A DNA stretch of 64,000 bases, taken from assembly GCF_006345805.1 (NCBI RefSeq), contig NW_021832565.1, positions 62,001 through 126,000 on the forward strand, written 5' to 3'. Numbering within the stretch: the stretch's first letter is position 1; the number at the start of each line of letters is the position of its first letter. The translations under genes and the position numbers were made by a program. The DNA comes from Octopus sinensis (taxonomy: Eukaryota). Below are positions 50,052 to 62,729 of this stretch, piece by piece. A model generated the notes under the pieces. The model was not told the origin of the DNA and searched no databases. It was given only the letters and a program-made list of their open reading frames with translations.

Positions 50052-52997
50052 ACATCAGAGGACTGCAAACACTCTGTAACAGGACAAAGATCCCGTTCCT
50101 GAGAGACTTTGTTGCATGCAATCAAGCCTTATGCATAGCACTTACAGAAACGCACCTGAAACCGGACATAGCAGATGCGGAGTTACACATACCACAGTAT
50201 GCTGTACTACGGACCGACAGGAAAGAAAGGAGTCATGGAGGTGTTGCTATGTACATCCGTGAGGACCTCACACCCCAGGTCCTCTTGTCATACTCAAACT
50301 CGGTGTGTGACACACTAATTGTACATATTAGGCAACTTGATGTAGTTGTGTGTGCTACATATCGCCCTCCAGATGCCCCAAGCCATGTGGGCAAGTTTGA
50401 AGACTGCCTTATAAAAATAGAAGAAATTCTAACCACATTAGAACAACACATAGGTGTGCTTCTTATGGGAGACTTCAATCTGCCCAATGTCAGATGGCCC
50501 GAGGGCCTTTCTCTCCCAGGAATGACAAGATGTGAACGAGGACAGGCGAGGTCCCTCCTGAACCTCATCAACACCCTGTACATGGAGCAGGTAATACTCC
50601 AACCAACCAGGGCAGGTAACACACTGGATCTCTGCTTCACAAATGACATGGATCTCATCCATAATGTGAAAGTGACACCGACACTACTCTCGGATCACAA
50701 CATGATAGAGCTGACCATGTACGGGCCAAAAGAGAGCACGGACATGCAGCCTACAAGAAACCCTCAAAATCTTTCCAGCTTGAACTACCATAAGGCAAAC
50801 TGGAAACAAATTGAGAAAGAGATCCTCGAACAAAACTGGCCTAAATGTCTCTCCTCGCCAGACATCGACGTGAAACTTCAACAATTCATGTCTGTAATGC
50901 AAGCCATATGCTACAAATGTGTCCCAGAGAGAAAGGCCACTGTACACAAGAACAAAATCCCCAGAGAGAGGAAAATTTTAATGAGACGGCGTACAAAATT
51001 TTCAAATCGCCTAAACAAACAGATTGAAAGCAGTTAAAAGTCCCGCCTAAAAATAAAACTGTTGGAAATCGAAAAATGTCTGCAACTCTCCCATGAAAAA
51101 GAAAGAGCAGACAAAGAAGCCTGGGCTATAGAAAACATAAAATCTAACCCCAGAGCTTTCTACAGGTATGCCAAAGAAACAGCTACAGTGCACTGTAGAA
51201 TAGGGCCACTCCTCGAAAAGGATGGCACACTTACAGGAAAACCAATGAGGGTAAGTGAAATACTGAATGAGCAATTGAAGAGTGTTTTCACTCCACCCCT
51301 TGGGCATCTCCAAATCACCAATCCAACTGACTTTTTTACCACAGCAGATATAAAATCAGAGGCGGCGACGATAGATTACATCGATATAAAGGAAGACGAT
51401 GTAACCAAGGCTATAGATGAAATGAAAACAGACTCAGCTACTGGCCCCGATGGATTCCCGGCAATCCTCTTAAAGCATGTAAGAGAGTCCTAGCAAGACC
51501 ACTGCAGTTACTCTTTCAGAGCTTCCTTGCAGCTGGCAAACTTCCAGGAAAACTGAAGGAAGGTAAAATATGCCCCATTCATAAAGGAGGTAGCAGAGCG
51601 GAAGCCAAGAACTATAGACCTATCTCTCTGACCTCACACATCAGCAAGATCATGGAACGAATAGTCAGAAGGAAGCTGATCACCTTCCTTGAAGAGAATG
51701 ACTTGCTGCCCGACACCCAACATGGTTTCCGACAAGGGAGAAGCTGTTTAACTCAGCTCCTACAACACTATGACTGGGTGCTGAAACGGCTGCTCAACCA
51801 CTCAAATGTGGAAGTGATATATCTCGACTTTGCAAAGGCCTTTGATAAAGTCGATCATGGAATGATATGTCACAAACTGCGTGATCTCAACATAGTTGGA
51901 AAACTGGGAGAATGGCTTCATGACTTTCTGAAGGATAGAAGTCAGGTGGTAGTAGCCAATGGGGCCACCTCCATAACACACAAATAGTGAGCGGTGTTCC
52001 GCAGGGCACTGTTCTGGGACCACTACTGTTCATAATGGCCCTCTCAGACATGCCCTCAGCCACGCAGAGAGCCACGATCACAAGTTATGCAGATGATACA
52101 AAAGTTTCACAGGCAATACAGAACCCTGAGGACACTAAACACCTGCAATGTGAGCTGGACGAAATATACAAGTGGGCTGAAAAGAATAGCATGCAGTTCA
52201 ATGCTGGAAAGTTTCAAGCTTTATACTATCAGCATGCAAAACTGAATGCAATACCCAATGAATACACTGGACCCGGAGGGATTGCAATCCCAGAGGCACA
52301 ATCAGTGCGTGACCTGGGTATTCACATGAGTGATGACGCGACCTTTCATGTACATGTTGCTAAACTGACAATGAAATGTAGACGGCTGGCTGGATGGATT
52401 CTTAGAACCTTTAGAACAAGAGAACAAGAAACCATGATGGTCCTCTGGAAGACACTTGTCCTAAGCCACTTTGACTATTGCTCTCAGCTATGGTCACCAT
52501 CCTGTGTCAAGTTGATCACAGAACTTGAGGCGATCCAACGAAGCTACACAAAGAAGATAGCCTCTATGCAGAATGTAAGCTACTGGGAAAGACTCAAGAG
52601 ATTAAAATTATATTCCCTGGAGCGTAGGCGGGAAAGATATGCCATAATATACATCTGGAAGATCCTGGAGGGAAGTGTCCTGAACTTTGGCATCGAGAGT
52701 TACGCAAATGCCAGAACTGGGCGCCACTGCGTGGTGCCTAGGACTCCAAACCTGCCATCAAGATGTAGGACAAGATTCTGTGATAGCCTGGGCTTCCGAG
52801 GCCCACAGCTCTTCAATATCCTCCCGAAGAACCTGAGAGACCTGCATGGGGTGGATACAGATGTCTTTAAAATGAAGCTGGATCTCTTCCTGTCAGGTGT
52901 CCCAGATGAACCAACTTCACGGCAGGAGGGGCAGATGAGGGCAGCTGCATCGAACTCTCTCATGCACCAAATAGCAGTTGCTAGAAAGCCTCCATGA
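50003..52997 (+). pseudogene. LINE ORF2 (APE endonuclease + reverse transcriptase), disrupted
   Basis: EN motifs LNIRGL, LTETHL, YRPP, GDFNLP, LDLCFTN, SDHNMI. RT motifs YRPISLTS, QHGFRQGRSC, YLDFAKAFDKVDH, GVPQGTVLGP, YADD (52086-52097). Lesions: in-frame TAA at 51035-51037 and single-base frameshifts near 51472-51474 and 51973-51984, which join the four track ORFs. Confidence 0.93.
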
Positions 52998-54813
52998 AGT
53001 GAAACCAAGTAGCAACACACCAATGGCGGTGCCCCAGCATGGCCGCAGCTCATAAGCTGAAACTAGAATCAATCAATCAATCAATCAATCATATATATAT
53101 GTTTATTTATTTATATCTATATAATATGAATTATTTACATGTTTTTAAGTTATGAAACAATTTCTCATGATATTAGAATTTACTTATTATTAAATAAAAT
53201 TTTATCAAACTATTTTGCTGTCACTTTTTACTTCGGATGTATGTATGTATGTATGTTTGTTTGTATGTATGTATGTATGTATGTATGTATGTATGTATGT
53301 ATGTATGTATGTATGTAGTGTATGTATATAACACACACAAACATGGATGTGGGCGTATGTGTGTCTCTGCTAACTTGTTTGCAAAATACCATTCAAGCAA
53401 AGAAAGGTATCATTGTGTTGATATTCCATTATAACAGATAGTTCTGTAGCTCTGTACTTTCAAAGACAGTTGGAAGATACATCCCTTAGTTGAAAAACAT
53501 TGTAAAGGTTAGCAACAGGAAAGGCTCCATGCAATAAAATAATGCTTCAATAAGCTTTCATCTGATCCGTGATAGCATAGGAAAAAAAAATGGACATAAC
53601 ATGAACAAGCATGTTCAGCTCAAGAAAAATAATTATCAGACATTTATGAAAAGATGTTATGTAAATGACTGGCATATTTTACAAATCTTAGGGTTTATCA
53701 AATGTAAAATCATCCGACGAGGTTTGAACACGTATCAAAAAGGAATGAAACCAAATACTGTTAAGAGATTTAGTCTACAAAGGCACCCTCTCTGGCAATC
53801 CATCACACTTCTTTCATATGAATAATAGAATAGTATCTTATTAGAAATACATCAGTATCTAGATTAAATTTGTAATGATTGATCATGAATACATTTTATA
53901 CAGATCATTGTACTGAAGCAGATGTAATATTGGATATTACTGTTGAATACTAATTTGAAATAGCTACCTATTTGATATATCTATTATGGTTCGCAAAATA
54001 TACTAAGTATTCAACATCAATTTTACTACTGTCCTCAATTAATAACTCTAAATAAAAAATTAATTTCGAATTTTGGCACAAGGCCAGCAGTTTTGAGCAA
54101 GTCAGTGAGTTGATTACATCAACTCCAGTGCTCAACTGGGACTTATTTTATTAATCCCCAAAAGATGAAAGGCAAAGTCACCCCCAGTGGAATTTGAACT
54201 CGGAACACAAAGACAGAAAAATATCACTATGCATTTTGCCCGATCTGCTAACAATTCTGCCAACTCACTAGCCTTGACCCTAAATAATAAATTATTCAGT
54301 TTGTTTTCAAGAATATACAATAGATTCAAAATGTGTGAGTTTCTATTTGATCCAGGTGTATCAAAAGTACAAAAAATTGCTCGTAACAAAGTCAGTATGG
54401 CAGTGCTGATAAGCTGTATGAGTGTGTAAGGGTAGTGTAAAGATTTTATCATTTGTACACAATGTATCTCATACCAAGGCAGATTTGACTTGGGAAGACC
54501 AGTGAAATATATTTTAGATTGGAAAGCAGTTAGAGCATCCAGTCCGGAATGTGAAAAGTTCATAATAGTTCATTTTTTTATAGGTAAAAGTATTAAAATG
54601 ATCAAAATTGATCTGATACCTGGACTGCCCATTTAAGCTTATACCAGCTCAATGATATAGTGCCTATAGCCATTTTTGATTTAGGTAGGTCTCACACCCC
54701 TACACTAAATGTTGGTAGAGTTTAGCCACCATGCAATGGACTCATAGTTGAGTGCCTGAATAACACCTTATAGCTTCATCAAAGCCTTGAATATGAAGTA
54801 TTATATATATATG

Positions 54814-54993
54814 TAGTATTTTAACATGTATAAGGAACCCTGTTTTGTCAAAAATTAGGTTAAAAAGTATGGGAGTTTCTTATACATGGTTAGTATTTAT
54901 AATTCCTTACAAAACCATTTTTCCAAATTTTAAGCCCCAAAAATTAGGGGGCTACCTTATACATGTGGGTTCCTCATACACGTTATAATATAG
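54814..54993. mobile_element. Small MITE with TcMar (Tc2/pogo-like) type ends
   Basis: Imperfect ~24-bp TIRs gtattttaacatgtataaggaacc / ggttcctcatacacgttataata in TA context; subterminal cttatacatg repeats. Confidence 0.55.
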
Positions 54994-55436
54994 TATATAT
55001 ATATATATATATATATATAATATGTGATACATATATTGACAGACAGCCAGACAGATAGATAGACACACACACATATGTGGCTTTTCACACTTTTGCTTTC
55101 CTACAGGAGTATGGTTATTACATGAGCCTGTGAAGTTCATCATAGCAATACATAATGTTGGGACAATTGCAATGATAATCGTAATATTAGTTAGTCTGAA
55201 TGCATGAATACTTCTATAAAATTAATAACTATGAATGTACATCGATTCCTTATTCACTTTGAACACACTCCTTTTCATTGTTGCCCACAAAATGAACCAA
55301 AGTATGTGTATATTATATATATATGAATTATATAATATATAATAACTATAATATATACTCACATATAGATTGATAGATATTTAGATAGATAGATAGATAT
55401 CTGAGTTTTGTATGATTGCACATCAAAGAATATAGT

Positions 55437-56345
55437 AATGAATGAAATTCTAACACAGTCTTATTTTCACATTTTATTATTTATAATTTTTACAATTTTA
55501 CATTTTTACAATATTATATGGTTATTGTGATAAAACTAGTACTTTCATGTGTTATGTAATCATCAGGTATATGTCATAGTAGTGACAGTAGTGTCCACAA
55601 TTGACAACATGGTTGTCACTAATGCTACATAAACCTCATGACTGTGTAATGCATGAAAGTACTAGTTTTATCACAATAAGTATATAATATTCTATTATTA
55701 TAATATTGTAAAATTTGTAAATTTAAATTTTCTTTTTATTTATGCACCTTTTTCAAGCCTAGCCAGACTCATGGGCCCAGTTTCCCGGTTTCTGTGGCGT
55801 ATGTGTTCCCCCCAGCTGTACAGGATGCCAGTCCATCACAAGAAGAAAGAAACAGGAAGAAAGGGTGTGAGAAAGTTGGGGCAAAGGAGTACAACAGGGA
55901 TCACCACCACCCCCTGCCGGAGTCTCATGGAGCTTTAGGTGTTTTTGCTCAATAAACACACACAACACCCGGTTTAGGAATTGAAACTGCGATCCTCTGA
56001 CTGCGAGTCTGCTGCCCTAACCATTGGGCCATTGTGCCTCCACTGCACCCTTTTAAAGCCTAGCCAGGCTCATGGGCCCTGTTTCCCAGTTTCAATGGTG
56101 TCTGTGTTCCCCAGATGGAGGGATGCCAGTCCATCGCAGTGTTACTCATTTTTGCCAGCTGAGTGGACTGGAGCAATGTGAAATGAAGTGTTTTGCTCAA
56201 GAACACAATGTGTCACCCGATCCAGGAATCAAAACCACAATCTTACGATCATGATGCTGACACCTTAACCACTAAGCTATGCGCCTCCACAAAAATTGTA
56301 AATAATAAAATGTAAACATCAGACTACATTGGAATTTCATTGATT
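55437..56345. mobile_element. Inverted pair of ~150-bp hammerhead-bearing repeats (Penelope pseudo-LTR-like), right arm split by SINEs
   Basis: Left arm 55437-55587 (minus) mirrors right arm 55614-55720 plus 56291-56345. Both are homologous to 7030-7155. Minus-strand core CTGATGA at 55560-55566; plus-strand core mutated to CTCATGA at 55635-41. Confidence 0.7.
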
Positions 56346-56391
<46 letters not shown>

Positions 56392-56523
56392 AATCCACAA
56401 TCATCATTGTTTATTGTGTCCACTTTTCCATGCTTGCAGACTGGACAGAAATTGTAAGGTAGATTTCCCATGCTTGATGCTTTTCTTGTTACCAGCCCTC
56501 ACCTGTTTCCAAGTAAGGTAATA

Positions 56524-56998
56524 TTGGGTTGTCTGGAAAGTCCGTGCCAATTTATAGTAGCTTACTTTCTGACTTATTTTAGAACATGGTTGAGTCCATA
56601 AAATAGGATTTGACTACACCTCAATTTAGAGCACAGTTTAAGCTATCTTTTCGTGGAAGAAGGTTTATGTTCCTATAACCTGTGTTAATTCTGTAACCCT
56701 TTAAAATGGAAGATAAGAAAGTTCATTTTTGGCATCTGATGCTTTGGGAACCAGACAAAAATTGCTATAGCTCAGCTGGGATGTGTTACACCACTCTCCA
56801 TATTCAGCAGATAGTGCTCCTTTGGATTTCCACTTATTCAGATCTCCGCAGAATAGTCTTAATGGTAAAAATTTCAATTCCTTGGATGACGTAAAAAGAT
56901 ACCCTGATGAATTCTTTGCTATAAATCCACCTCATTTCTGGAAAGAGGGTATTTTCAAGTTAAAGGAAAGATGGAGATGCATTGTGCAACAAAATGAT
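56524..56998 (+). mobile_element. Internally deleted mariner element (resembles the mellifera/cecropia subfamilies)
   Basis: 5' end TA-ttgggttgtctggaaagtccgtgccaattt. N-terminus MEDKKVHFWHLMLWE is fused directly to the C-terminal HHSPYSADSAPLDFHLFRSPQNSLNGKNFNSLDDVK...GIFKLKERWRCIVQQN. No right TIR found. Confidence 0.85.
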
Positions 56999-57501
56999 CC
57001 ATCTCCTTATTCTTTACTCCCTTCCTCTGTCATCATCTCATTAATATATACCATTCTTATTTTCTCTATTTTTCCCAATTTGTCTGATGACAGAATATCC
57101 CATACTCGGGGATATCCCAGAAACATCTGTAAGACATTGAATGTTTTCCAGTAATAATATTGTATAAGACTTGAGCTGTTTGCCTTGCCTTAATATTTGT
57201 TGTCTTCTTTAACAATTATATATCCACTATATTGGAAATCTGCAATGGCTCCGTAACTACCATCTCAGCTACAACCTTGGAGCACTAATAATCTATTACA
57301 ACATTTATTTAGTGTACCTAATCATTTAGATCACCTGTGAACTAAACCCCATACTTTGTATGTATATATATCTTTTTTCTCTTTATATATATTATATATT
57401 ATATATATATTATTATAATATATATATTATATATATATTATTACAATATATATAATATATATTATAACATATTTATTATATATTATGTATATTATAATAT
57501 A

Positions 57502-58024
57502 TCTATATCTATAAAAGGCAGGATGTGTGTGTGTACATGAAAAATTTTTTGCGCATCCACAAATTAGCATGCATGTCACTCCAATTTTAGGAGGACATTG
57601 GTCACGACCATTGCTGTGCTTTTGTCAACTTATTTTTCCTGTGGCACACCCGGATAGTGGTAAAAATAGCTTTTCAACCATAACTTTTACCAATTTTCAC
57701 GCCAGTGAAATCCGTAAGTTTGCTAACATGAGCTAAGTCCCCTGTTTTATAGATTAATTCACCCTAATACAATGTCTCCAAAAACAAAATTAGATTTGGA
57801 CTACCTAGGCAATCTCAGTGTAGAAAAAGTGAAAGAGCTGAAGAGACTGACTATCAGCAGACCCATTAGTAAAATATAACTTTTTGGGCCAAAACCTGGC
57901 AATAAGAGCTTGCAGATATTCTGCTACAAAACATTCAATAATATCGAAGCAGAAACTTTCATAAATCAGAGTATAATTTTTGAAAACTCTTTCTGAACCC
58001 AGTCAACAATGGTATTTCTGCTAG
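57502..58024 (+). mobile_element. Non-autonomous Helitron-like element
   Basis: Starts A|TCtatatctataaaagg and ends ...tttctgCTAG|T, with an eroded subterminal hairpin (cccagtcaacaatgg). No TSD. A homologous copy lies at 40068-40306. Confidence 0.7.
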
Positions 58025-58053
58025 TATATTATATATCATTATATATATATATA

Positions 58054-58449
58054 GGCGCAGGAGTGGCTGTGTGGTAAGTAGCTTGCTAACCAACCACATG
58101 GTTCCGGGTTCAGTCCCACTGCATGGCATCTTGCCTTGTGAGTGGATTTGGTAGACGGAAACTGAAAGAAGCCTGTCGTATATATGTATATATATATATA
58201 TATAATAATATATATATATATGTATATGTGTGTGTGTTTGTGTGTCTGTGTTTGTCCCCCTAGCATTGCTTGACAACCGATGCTGGTGTGTCTACGTCCC
58301 CGTCACTTAGCGGTTTGGCAAAAGAGACCAATAGAATAAGTACTGGGCTTACAAAGAATAAGTCCCGGGGTCGATTTGCTCGACTAAAGGTGGTGCTCCA
58401 GCATGGCCGCAGTCAAATGACTGAAACAAGTAAAAGAAAAAGAAAAGAA
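58054..58449 (+). mobile_element. tRNA-derived SINE family A (central TA/TG microsatellite, CR1-like 3' tail)
   Basis: Head ggcgcaggagtggctgtgtggtaag...gggttcagtcccactg; tail ggtggtgctccagcatggccgcagtcaaatgactgaaacaag plus A-rich repeat. Has an internal ~40-bp deletion relative to the 31597 copy. Confidence 0.9.
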
Positions 58450-58645
58450 TATTATAATAATACATATAAATATACAATATATATGTAATATGTATATTCT
58501 TATATACATTTGGTTGTTAGATAAATTCATTAACTTTTCCCATTTATTCTAATCCTTACATTTCATCAACAGTTTTAACAAATCAGTCAATAATATATTC
58601 CCCTTTCTTCATAAGTTCTTGCTGACATTCATCTAGCTTTTGCAG

Positions 58646-58685
58646 TTTCACATTATTGTTGAAGGAAATACCTCACAGACTGTTG
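58646..58685 (+). other. Candidate 40-nt exon of an unidentified host gene (FHIIVEGNTSQTV)
   Basis: Acceptor ctagcttttgcag, donor TTG|gtaagc, open in phase 0, in non-repeat DNA. No protein recognised, and it could be a chance match. Confidence 0.2.
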
Positions 58686-59309
58686 GTAAGCAACTGGAAA
58701 GGGTACTTTATGGGGAGAATTTGGTGGGTATGGTAGAACTTACCAATTTTGGTCCTTAAATAAAATTTTTAGCAAATTAGAAATGTGATGAACTGTGTCA
58801 CTATTCAGATTGCTGGGCCTTACCCATCACATGGGTGATGGCTATCAGAGGAACATACTATCTGTTGGACCAACTGATTATTAATCAACTCAGATTCTCA
58901 TGGATGAGCTTGTTCAATCATTTCTCCTTGAAATAAAGAGGCCAGACAAACTATGGTGAGACTGAGATGCTCAATTTACTATCTTTGAACTGCATAAACA
59001 ATTTCTGGTGTAAACCATTTATTTGCAATTCTTTTAGTAATAGCAGCTACGATAAAACTATAATGAAATTATTTTGCATGTTACTTCAAATACTGTTAGA
59101 AAGAAATGGACAAATTTATCCAACAACCAATTCATATACCATGTATATATGTACATATCATTTACATACATATATATTTTACATATATATATATATATCT
59201 ATATATATATATAGTCAATTTAGGTAGCAAAAAAATTCAATAGAAATTTATCGCAACCAGCTGCTCTTTCTGGTGGACGAGTGACCTGTTGGGGTCACTC
59301 CTAAAATTT

Positions 59310-59351
<42 letters not shown>

Positions 59352-59376
59352 GTATATATATGTATGTATATATATG

Positions 59377-59415
<39 letters not shown>

Positions 59416-59434
59416 CTATATATATATATATAAT

Positions 59435-59466
<32 letters not shown>

Positions 59467-59655
59467 ATATATATATATATTAATGTTAGTTTTATGTTCA
59501 GTTGGCATAAAAATAGTTTTACATTAATCTGAAGGTTATTCTATACTTTTGTAGAGTCCAATGTTAGTGTTCTTTAATGCTGACAATACTATTCTTGTTA
59601 AAGAATAATAAATACATGAATATCATATATGTATAATGCATATGTATGTGTAATG

Positions 59656-59695
<40 letters not shown>

Positions 59696-59768
59696 GAAGT
59701 ATGAGGTATGTATATATTATATATATAATGATATATCTATATGTAGTTATATATATGTGTGTGTGTGT

Positions 59769-59820
<52 letters not shown>

Positions 59821-59980
59821 TGTATGCATATGTGTGTGTAGATATATATATACATGTATAAATTGTCCGTGTATAATAGACATAGATTGAGATAGATAGT
59901 AATATCAATAAATAGATATATGTATGCTTATATAATTCTCTCTATATAGATTAAATATGGGATGTATGTATATATATATA

Positions 59981-60019
<39 letters not shown>

Positions 60020-60534
60020 TTATGCACATTCACACACATTCACCACACACATATATAACATAAGTGTGTCTATGCATGTAACATTACTTTGAATTCGTTG
60101 TTCTCTTAGAAGTTGGTATGCAAATAAGATGTATTTTGATTTGATCATTTACAGAGAGGGCAGTGTAGTGCACAGGCATTTGTTTTCCTTTCTTTTTAAG
60201 CTTCAGTGGAAACTTGATAAAATAGCGTGCTTGTTAGCCGCATGTGAGGAAACCATCACATTATTTCCATGTTTATCTATGTGTCATTCTTGACTGATGG
60301 ACAAACATGTGTTCAGTTATTCATATATTTTGTACATTTCCATATTTATTGCTTGATATATGAAGAGTAAAATAACACATGAAATATAACTATTTGTGAC
60401 ATTATTTTGGTTGTCTTTATTCATTTATCTGTCTGTCTATATGGGTTTTTATTTCATATATTTTTTGTTATTTTACTACAATATCATGGGTTTCTTTATT
60501 TTTGTTTTGCACTACTTGTGTGTGTGTCATGTGG

Positions 60535-60610
<76 letters not shown>

Positions 60611-60693
60611 CATATACATCTATAAAACAGATATATGTACATCCATCCATTCATCCCTCCATCCATCAATCACTCCATCCATCCATCCATTCC

Positions 60694-60750
<57 letters not shown>

Positions 60751-61714
60751 CAAGAATTCTTGTATATTGTATCTTCCGTCTTTCATTTGCCATATATATA
60801 TATATGTGTTTGTGTGTGTGTGTGTGTGTGTGTCTATCCTTTCATTTTTTGGGGGCAGATGCCTCAGAATATGCTCATCAAAGCAAGCTACTTACCACAC
60901 AGCCACTCCTGCACCTTTTTTAAAATTTGTTACAATAAACCTTTTGCTAAAGGCACAAGGCCTGGAATTTTTCGGAGGGTGCTAGTTGATTACATTAAAC
61001 CCAGTGTTCAACTGGTATTTATTTTATCACCTACCCCCCACAAAAGGAAGAAAGTCCAAGTTGACCCTGATGGAATTTGAACTCAGAACATAAAGATGGA
61101 TGAAATACTGTTAAGCATTTTACCCAGCTCAATGCCTCAACAATAATAATACCTGGAATTTGAGGAGAGGGGGATAGCCGATTACATCAATCTCAGTACT
61201 TGACTGGTATTTAATTTATCGACTCTGAAAGGGTGAAAGGCAAAGCTGACCTCGACAGAATTTGAACTCAGATTGTAGCAACGGGCAAACTACCGCTAAG
61301 CATTTTTGCTAGGCAAGCTACTGATTCTATCAGCAATAATAAGGGTTTCTGATTTGGGCACAGAACTAGAAAATTTGAGGAGTGGTATTATAAGTACTTG
61401 ACATGTACAATATTTTATTGATCATTCTCTACCATGGCCACCACTAATAAAAAAAAAAAAACAGAATGAAAAATGAACTTGGCCTCATTAGGATTTGAAA
61501 CTAGAATGTAAAGAGCTAGAACAAATGTTACATTTTTTTTATGATACTCCACTGATTCTGCCTGCTCTTCACCTTCCATATGGCTTCTGCTCTTTACCCA
61601 CTTCCACCTCTCCCCATACTACTACTGCTACTACTACTAATGATGATGATGACAATGATGAAGGTGATAGTATTAATTGATCTATATTTTGGTAAAAGGC
61701 TAGCAATTCTGAGG

Positions 61715-61985
61715 GGAGAAGCAAGTGCCACTGGGTTCAGTCCTGCTTCGTGGCACCTTGAGCAAGTGCCTTGTACTATATAATTCCTGTACTCACTAAA
61801 GCCATGTGAGTAGATTTCAGAGACAGAAACTAAAAGAAGCTGTCGTGTGTATGTGTGTGTGTTGTGCATGTCTTTGTGTTTGTTCCAAACTGGGATCAGT
61901 TTGTTCGACCAAACCCTTCAAGCTGGTGCCCCAGTATGGCTACACTCCACTAACTGAGACAAGTAGATTAAAAAAAATGAAAAGA
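61715..61985 (+). mobile_element. SINE family A, degenerate
   Basis: gggttcagtcctgct..ggcaccttgagcaagtg...ggtgccccagtatggc...tgagacaagt. Confidence 0.65.
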
Positions 61986-62729
61986 AAAAATTTACTAACA
62001 ATTCAAATATAATCACAAGAGTAGTACCCTCTGCATTTCGGACTATTCTATCCAATGTAAAAGGATAAAGAGTAAAATACCCCTTTGGGGTTATGAATGA
62101 CCATAAGATTGCACCTAGTAAGTTACCCTCCAAGGCACTAGTCTGTGCCAGATTGTTTATGGAAGACCTGCAGTCACCCATGCATATCAGCCTCCCATGT
62201 TGTCCAAGGGAAAAGCAAAGACTGATACGGCTTGTTCACCAGTGACATCACAACTCATTGCTACAGCTAAGTGAAATGGAGCAATATGAAATAAAGTATC
62301 TTGCTCAAGAACACAACACACAGCCTGGTCCAGGAATCGAACTCACTACCTCATGACTGTGAGACCAACACTCTAGCCACTGAGCCATGCAATGTAATGC
62401 TTATTTATTCACATTTTTTTAATCAATCATTCATTAACTCATGATGTAATTGTTTATATTTACAATGACATTATAGGGTAGGTGTGAGAAGTCAGATCTG
62501 GCTGGTGTGAACATTATACAGGTAGAATGTTTTGGCCGGATATGGCCAGTTTAAATGCTGAAAAGTTAAGCAATGAAGTGAATATCCTTCACTCACTACA
62601 AGTTAGTTTTGTTTAAATAATTGGATCAAAACATTTTTACCTTTTTTATACATAGTTAACAATTAAAATGCCTCATTCATATTGTTGCCAGCAGTATGGT
62701 ATATAATCTGCTTATTCAGAGATATATTA

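Larger units (their letters stand above)
48678..53090 (+). mobile_element. Near full-length CR1-group non-LTR retrotransposon (LINE)
   Basis: GC-richer island containing a 5' tandem monomer array, ORF1, APE-endonuclease/RT ORF2, a short 3' UTR and an (AATC)6 tail at 53067-53090. Both flanks are TA-rich, so no TSD could be resolved. C-terminal motifs (LYSLERRRERY..IYIWKIL, FNILP..LR, FK.KLD.FL) are typical of the CR1/L2 group. Confidence 0.92.

Noticed and set aside
52700-53053. Antisense ORFs over the LINE (also 50233-50658, 49302-49739, 49561-50121)
   Set aside because: These are shadow ORFs of GC-richer coding sequence with no recognisable motifs.
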